A stretch of DNA of 20,000 bases from an uncultured virus (IMG/VR IMGVR_UViG_3300024298_000009) (lineage: Duplodnaviria; Heunggongvirae; Uroviricota; Caudoviricetes): the IMG/VR virus record IMGVR_UViG_3300024298_000009, one strand, 5' to 3'. The position numbers were made by a program, and so were the translations under genes. Below the pieces are notes generated by a model. The model was not told where the DNA came from. It saw only the letters and a program-made list of their open reading frames with translations, and made no database searches. This document shows, in pieces, positions 16,980 through 20,000 of this stretch; the stretch's first letter is position 1, and each line of letters begins with the position of its first letter.

Positions 16980-18035
16980 ATGGCGATTGGTCGTATTTCC
17001 GGGCCGCTCTTAAAAGCCAATCTCATTAGAGATGGTGTGAATTTGGCTTTTGAGACCGACCTTCTGTATCTTGATGTAGTCAACTCCAAGATTGGCATAA
17101 ACTCTGCTGATCCACAATTCGCCCTAGACGTAGTAGGTACAACCAGAACAACAGATTTAGAAGTTACTAATCAATTTGATATTGGTAACTTTACCATTTC
17201 TGGTAACACAATCAACAGCACACTTCCAACTATTAGCTTTACCGCATCAGGCGGTGAGGCAACAGCATACCATTCTAGACTAATTGTTAATGATCTAGAA
17301 CTTAATAATAACACTATTTCAACAACCGTTTCTAATTCAAATTTAGAATTACGCCCTAACGGAACAGGAATAGTTGACATTCAAAGTTCTGCAAACATTA
17401 CAGGAAATGTTACAATTGGCGGAAACATAAATGCTACAGGAAATGTTACAATTGGCGGCAATTTAGTAATCGGTGATAGTTTATTCGATACCGTTACAAT
17501 TAACGCTAGTATTAAAAGCGACCTAGTACCAGAAACAGATAATACTTATGATATCGGTTCATCAGGAAATAGATGGAAAGATATCTATGCTAATAATTTT
17601 TATGCTAATACTTTAAATTTAAACACTTTTGATGTTGGAAGCATAACAATATTTGATAATACAATCACCACAACATCAGGGCAAGATTTAATTTTAGATC
17701 CAAACGGCTCTGGTGCGTTAAGAGTTGGTAATTTTTCTATTAGAGATAATGTAATTACAAATACGGTTTCAAATTCTGTTACTGAATTTGTACAATCTGG
17801 TGCAGGGTATTTTAAAATCACAGGAACAAATGCGTTTGTTCCACCTAAAGGAACTTCTGGACAAAGACCAGTAGCACCTTATCTAGAAGTTGGTATGACT
17901 CGTTATAATACTGACTCCAAGGCTTTAGAAATTTGGGACGGATTAGTTTGGGCCAGTCCGGCAGGTACCATTGGTGCTGTTTCTGAAGGTACAGCAAACG
18001 ACATTGCAATCAAATATGCATTGACATTAGGATAA
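16980..18035 (+). CDS. Fibre-like virion structural protein (paralog of 15704..16843)
   Basis: ATG 16980 follows SD GGGGAGAG and is preferred over GTG 16962. It starts MAIGRISGPLLKANLIRDG, has repeated N.I.T....L.L.PNG.G modules and ends AIKYALTLG. Confidence 0.8.
   Translation: MAIGRISGPLLKANLIRDGVNLAFETDLLYLDVVNSKIGINSADPQFALDVVGTTRTTDLEVTNQFDIGNFTISGNTINSTLPTISFTASGGEATAYHSRLIVNDLELNNNTISTTVSNSNLELRPNGTGIVDIQSSANITGNVTIGGNINATGNVTIGGNLVIGDSLFDTVTINASIKSDLVPETDNTYDIGSSGNRWKDIYANNFYANTLNLNTFDVGSITIFDNTITTTSGQDLILDPNGSGALRVGNFSIRDNVITNTVSNSVTEFVQSGAGYFKITGTNAFVPPKGTSGQRPVAPYLEVGMTRYNTDSKALEIWDGLVWASPAGTIGAVSEGTANDIAIKYALTLG
17399..17458 (+). repeat. Exact 24-nt direct repeat with 36-nt period (TGNVTIGG twice)
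   Basis: tacaggaaatgttacaattggcgg at 17399-17422 and 17435-17458. Confidence 0.9.
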
Positions 18036-18042
18036 GAATAAA

Positions 18043-18375
18043 ATGCCAACCACGTTTAAACATGCAGTTAACACAGGAATAGGAACATCACCAGTTGACG
18101 TATTACAAACCCCTATCGGTTATAGAATTACCGTGATCGGATGTAATCTAGCAAACACAACTGACTACGATGTTTGCGTTGTTGACGTTTATGTAGTTAG
18201 TGAGGATAGTGTTGAAGCAGTCTATATCAAAGGACTACCAATACCTCCAAACTCATCGGTAAAGTTAATTACTAACGGAGAAAAATTAATATTACCAGAA
18301 ACAGCAGGATTAAGAATTGTCAGCGATACCGAAACAAGCGTTGACGCAGTAGTAAGTTACGTTGAGATATCATAA
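18043..18375 (+). CDS. Small beta-sandwich-like virion protein (paralog of 13902..14270)
   Basis: 110 aa with the pattern VIGCNLAN...YIKGLPIPPNSSV...GEKLIL....LRIVS...VDAVVSYVEIS. Confidence 0.75.
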   Translation: MPTTFKHAVNTGIGTSPVDVLQTPIGYRITVIGCNLANTTDYDVCVVDVYVVSEDSVEAVYIKGLPIPPNSSVKLITNGEKLILPETAGLRIVSDTETSVDAVVSYVEIS

Positions 18376-18385
18376 GGAGTAGAAG

Positions 18386-18760
18386 ATGGCAGGCGGAAAT
18401 AATTATTATTTAGGCGATGATCCGGTATCACGCCTAGGCGACACTCCTAGATTTTTCTACGGACTAAGAAAAAATGAAAATGGAAGTTTATTTTTAGCTA
18501 GGGTTGACCAAGTTAAAGATAAAGGAATTATTACAATTAATAATCCAGGTTTAGAAGAAAATAATTACACAGATTTTGAAACTGGTGTAGATTTTTTTGA
18601 AGGCATAGATGTTAACCATAACCCTGTTTACGAAAATTTAAACTATACTCAGTATAGATGGGACGATCGTCCAATGTTCTATTATATTAATGAAGAAGGT
18701 GAATTAGTTGTTCGTGTTAATGAAGGTTATGTCTATGATAACGGATCATCAGAGGAATAA
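18386..18760 (+). CDS. Hypothetical virion-module protein
   Basis: 124 aa with SD AAGGAG. Motifs FFYGLR...G.L, Y.QYRWD and YYINEEGELVVRVN. Confidence 0.7.
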   Translation: MAGGNNYYLGDDPVSRLGDTPRFFYGLRKNENGSLFLARVDQVKDKGIITINNPGLEENNYTDFETGVDFFEGIDVNHNPVYENLNYTQYRWDDRPMFYYINEEGELVVRVNEGYVYDNGSSEE

Positions 18761-18766
18761 TAATAA

Positions 18767-20000
18767 ATGGCAGATTTTAAATTAAGTAGATTTAGATATA
18801 CTTGGCAGGGCGAATGGGCTCCTGCAACAAGATATAATCCTGATGACATTGTAAGTTACGGTGGAAAATCTTTCACCTGTTTAACAACACACGTTTCAAA
18901 TTTTGATTTTTATGCTGACTTAGAATTTTATAATAATGATATTCCTCCATTATTAGTTCCAAGATGGGAATTGGTAGCAGACGGTGTCAGCTGGTTAGGA
19001 GACTGGGAAACCGATACATATTATAAAGTTGGTGACCTTGTTAAGTTTGGCGGAACAACTTATCTATGCGTAGAAGGTCATACTTCTTCTGCCCCAGATC
19101 CTGAAAATCCAACTTCTGCAACTTTAGATTCATATTTTTCAGCAGATGCTGATAAATGGACAATTCAAATCACTTCAAAAAATTGGGCAGAAGATTGGGC
19201 ACCATCAACATATTATAAATTAAACGATGTAGTTCGTTATGGTGGTATTGCTTATCGTTGTAATTCCTCACACCTGTCAGCCGGATCATTTGAATCTGGT
19301 TTAGAAAATAGTCAAAGTTTTTGGGACGTAGTTAATGATTCTCTAGATTGGCAAGGAACTTGGACTATTAACACACGATATAAAGTAAATGATGTTGTCA
19401 AATATGGTGGTGTTACTTACAAATGTACCGTTGGTCATAAAGCAGCAGGTTCTGATACACTAGGGTTAAATGCTGATTACGGTAAATGGAGTATTTTACA
19501 TAACGGATACGAATATGTCGGTACATGGGAAGATAGCGTTACCTATAAACTTAATGATGTAGTAAAATACGGTTCTTATCTGTACTATTGCACAACATTT
19601 CATTTATCTGCTACAAATTTTGATATTAGTAATTGGTCTATATTTTGCCCTGGAGCAGAATACGATGTAAATTGGTCATCAACAACAAATTATCAACAAG
19701 GCGATATTGTTAGATACGGTGGAAACTTATATGTTGCATTGAGCAGTAGCGTAGTCGGACAAAACCCATCAACACAGACAACAGCATGGCAATTATTATT
19801 TCAAAGCACAAGAATTGCCGGAACATGGGATGCATTTATTCAATATAAAATTGGAGATGTTGTTCGAAGAGGCGGAAATTTATATCTAGCATTTTCAGAT
19901 AGCATTGGCCAAGATCCTGATATTCTTAATGACGGAAGCTCAACAAATTCTGCATATTGGGATTTAGTTATTCCCGGCTCTCGTTGGGTTGGTGTATGGA
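18767..20000 (+). CDS. Large virion protein with tandem CBM5/12 (ChiC-BD)-like Trp-rich repeats (partial, runs off the window)
   Basis: Not in the ORF track. Manual translation MADFKLSRFRYTWQGEWAPATRYNPDDIVSYGGKSFTC... stays open to the end. It has seven W....Y..(G/N/D)D(V/I/L)V.(Y/F/R)G(G/S)..Y/F repeats plus the start of an eighth. Confidence 0.85.
   Translation, partial: MADFKLSRFRYTWQGEWAPATRYNPDDIVSYGGKSFTCLTTHVSNFDFYADLEFYNNDIPPLLVPRWELVADGVSWLGDWETDTYYKVGDLVKFGGTTYLCVEGHTSSAPDPENPTSATLDSYFSADADKWTIQITSKNWAEDWAPSTYYKLNDVVRYGGIAYRCNSSHLSAGSFESGLENSQSFWDVVNDSLDWQGTWTINTRYKVNDVVKYGGVTYKCTVGHKAAGSDTLGLNADYGKWSILHNGYEYVGTWEDSVTYKLNDVVKYGSYLYYCTTFHLSATNFDISNWSIFCPGAEYDVNWSSTTNYQQGDIVRYGGNLYVALSSSVVGQNPSTQTTAWQLLFQSTRIAGTWDAFIQYKIGDVVRRGGNLYLAFSDSIGQDPDILNDGSSTNSAYWDLVIPGSRWVGVW

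Noticed and set aside
1575..17821. Other short opposite-strand ORFs in the track (e.g. 1575..1799, 3597..3995, 7674..7967, 10890..11072, 13868..14335, 15670..15984, 17600..17821)
   Set aside because: They overlap well-supported structural genes on the other strand and show no recognisable motifs or expression signals.
1..20000. Stop-codon reassignment (no called gene ends in TAG)
   Set aside because: All core genes are intact and tightly packed under the standard code, with no in-frame TAG or TGA. A TAA preference is expected in an AT-rich phage.

Overview
Virion morphogenesis region of a large, AT-rich, T4-like tailed dsDNA phage (myovirus-type). In order: the end of one putative internal head protein gene and a complete paralog-like one; a minus-strand gp26/gp51-family (T4_baseplate-like) tail/baseplate assembly gene; a divergent tape-measure protein with a C-terminal GH19 lysozyme-like domain; portal (gp20); a small protein; a Maf/MptE(DUF115)-like protein; an acidic prohead core protein; prohead protease (gp21); scaffold (gp22); major capsid protein (gp23) with a strong intrinsic terminator; and then a series of fibre/decoration genes ending in a CBM5/12(ChiC-BD)-like repeat protein that runs off the window. 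T4-late-like TAAATA boxes precede most transcription units. The main observations are: (1) a likely programmed -1 frameshift (A_AAT_TTT_TTC plus a 10-bp stem) that extends the gp26-like gene into a start-less downstream frame, like lambda G/GT; (2) no copy of the palindrome ACWGT found in a manual scan of the 20 kb, although ACSGT is common, suggesting avoidance of a restriction or other DNA-targeting specificity; (3) two structured late-gene 5' leaders; (4) two probable leaderless late mRNAs; (5) a glycosyltransferase-like gene inside the head operon; and (6) a duplicated fibre-plus-adaptor cassette. All family assignments come from motif recognition by eye. No database searches were run.
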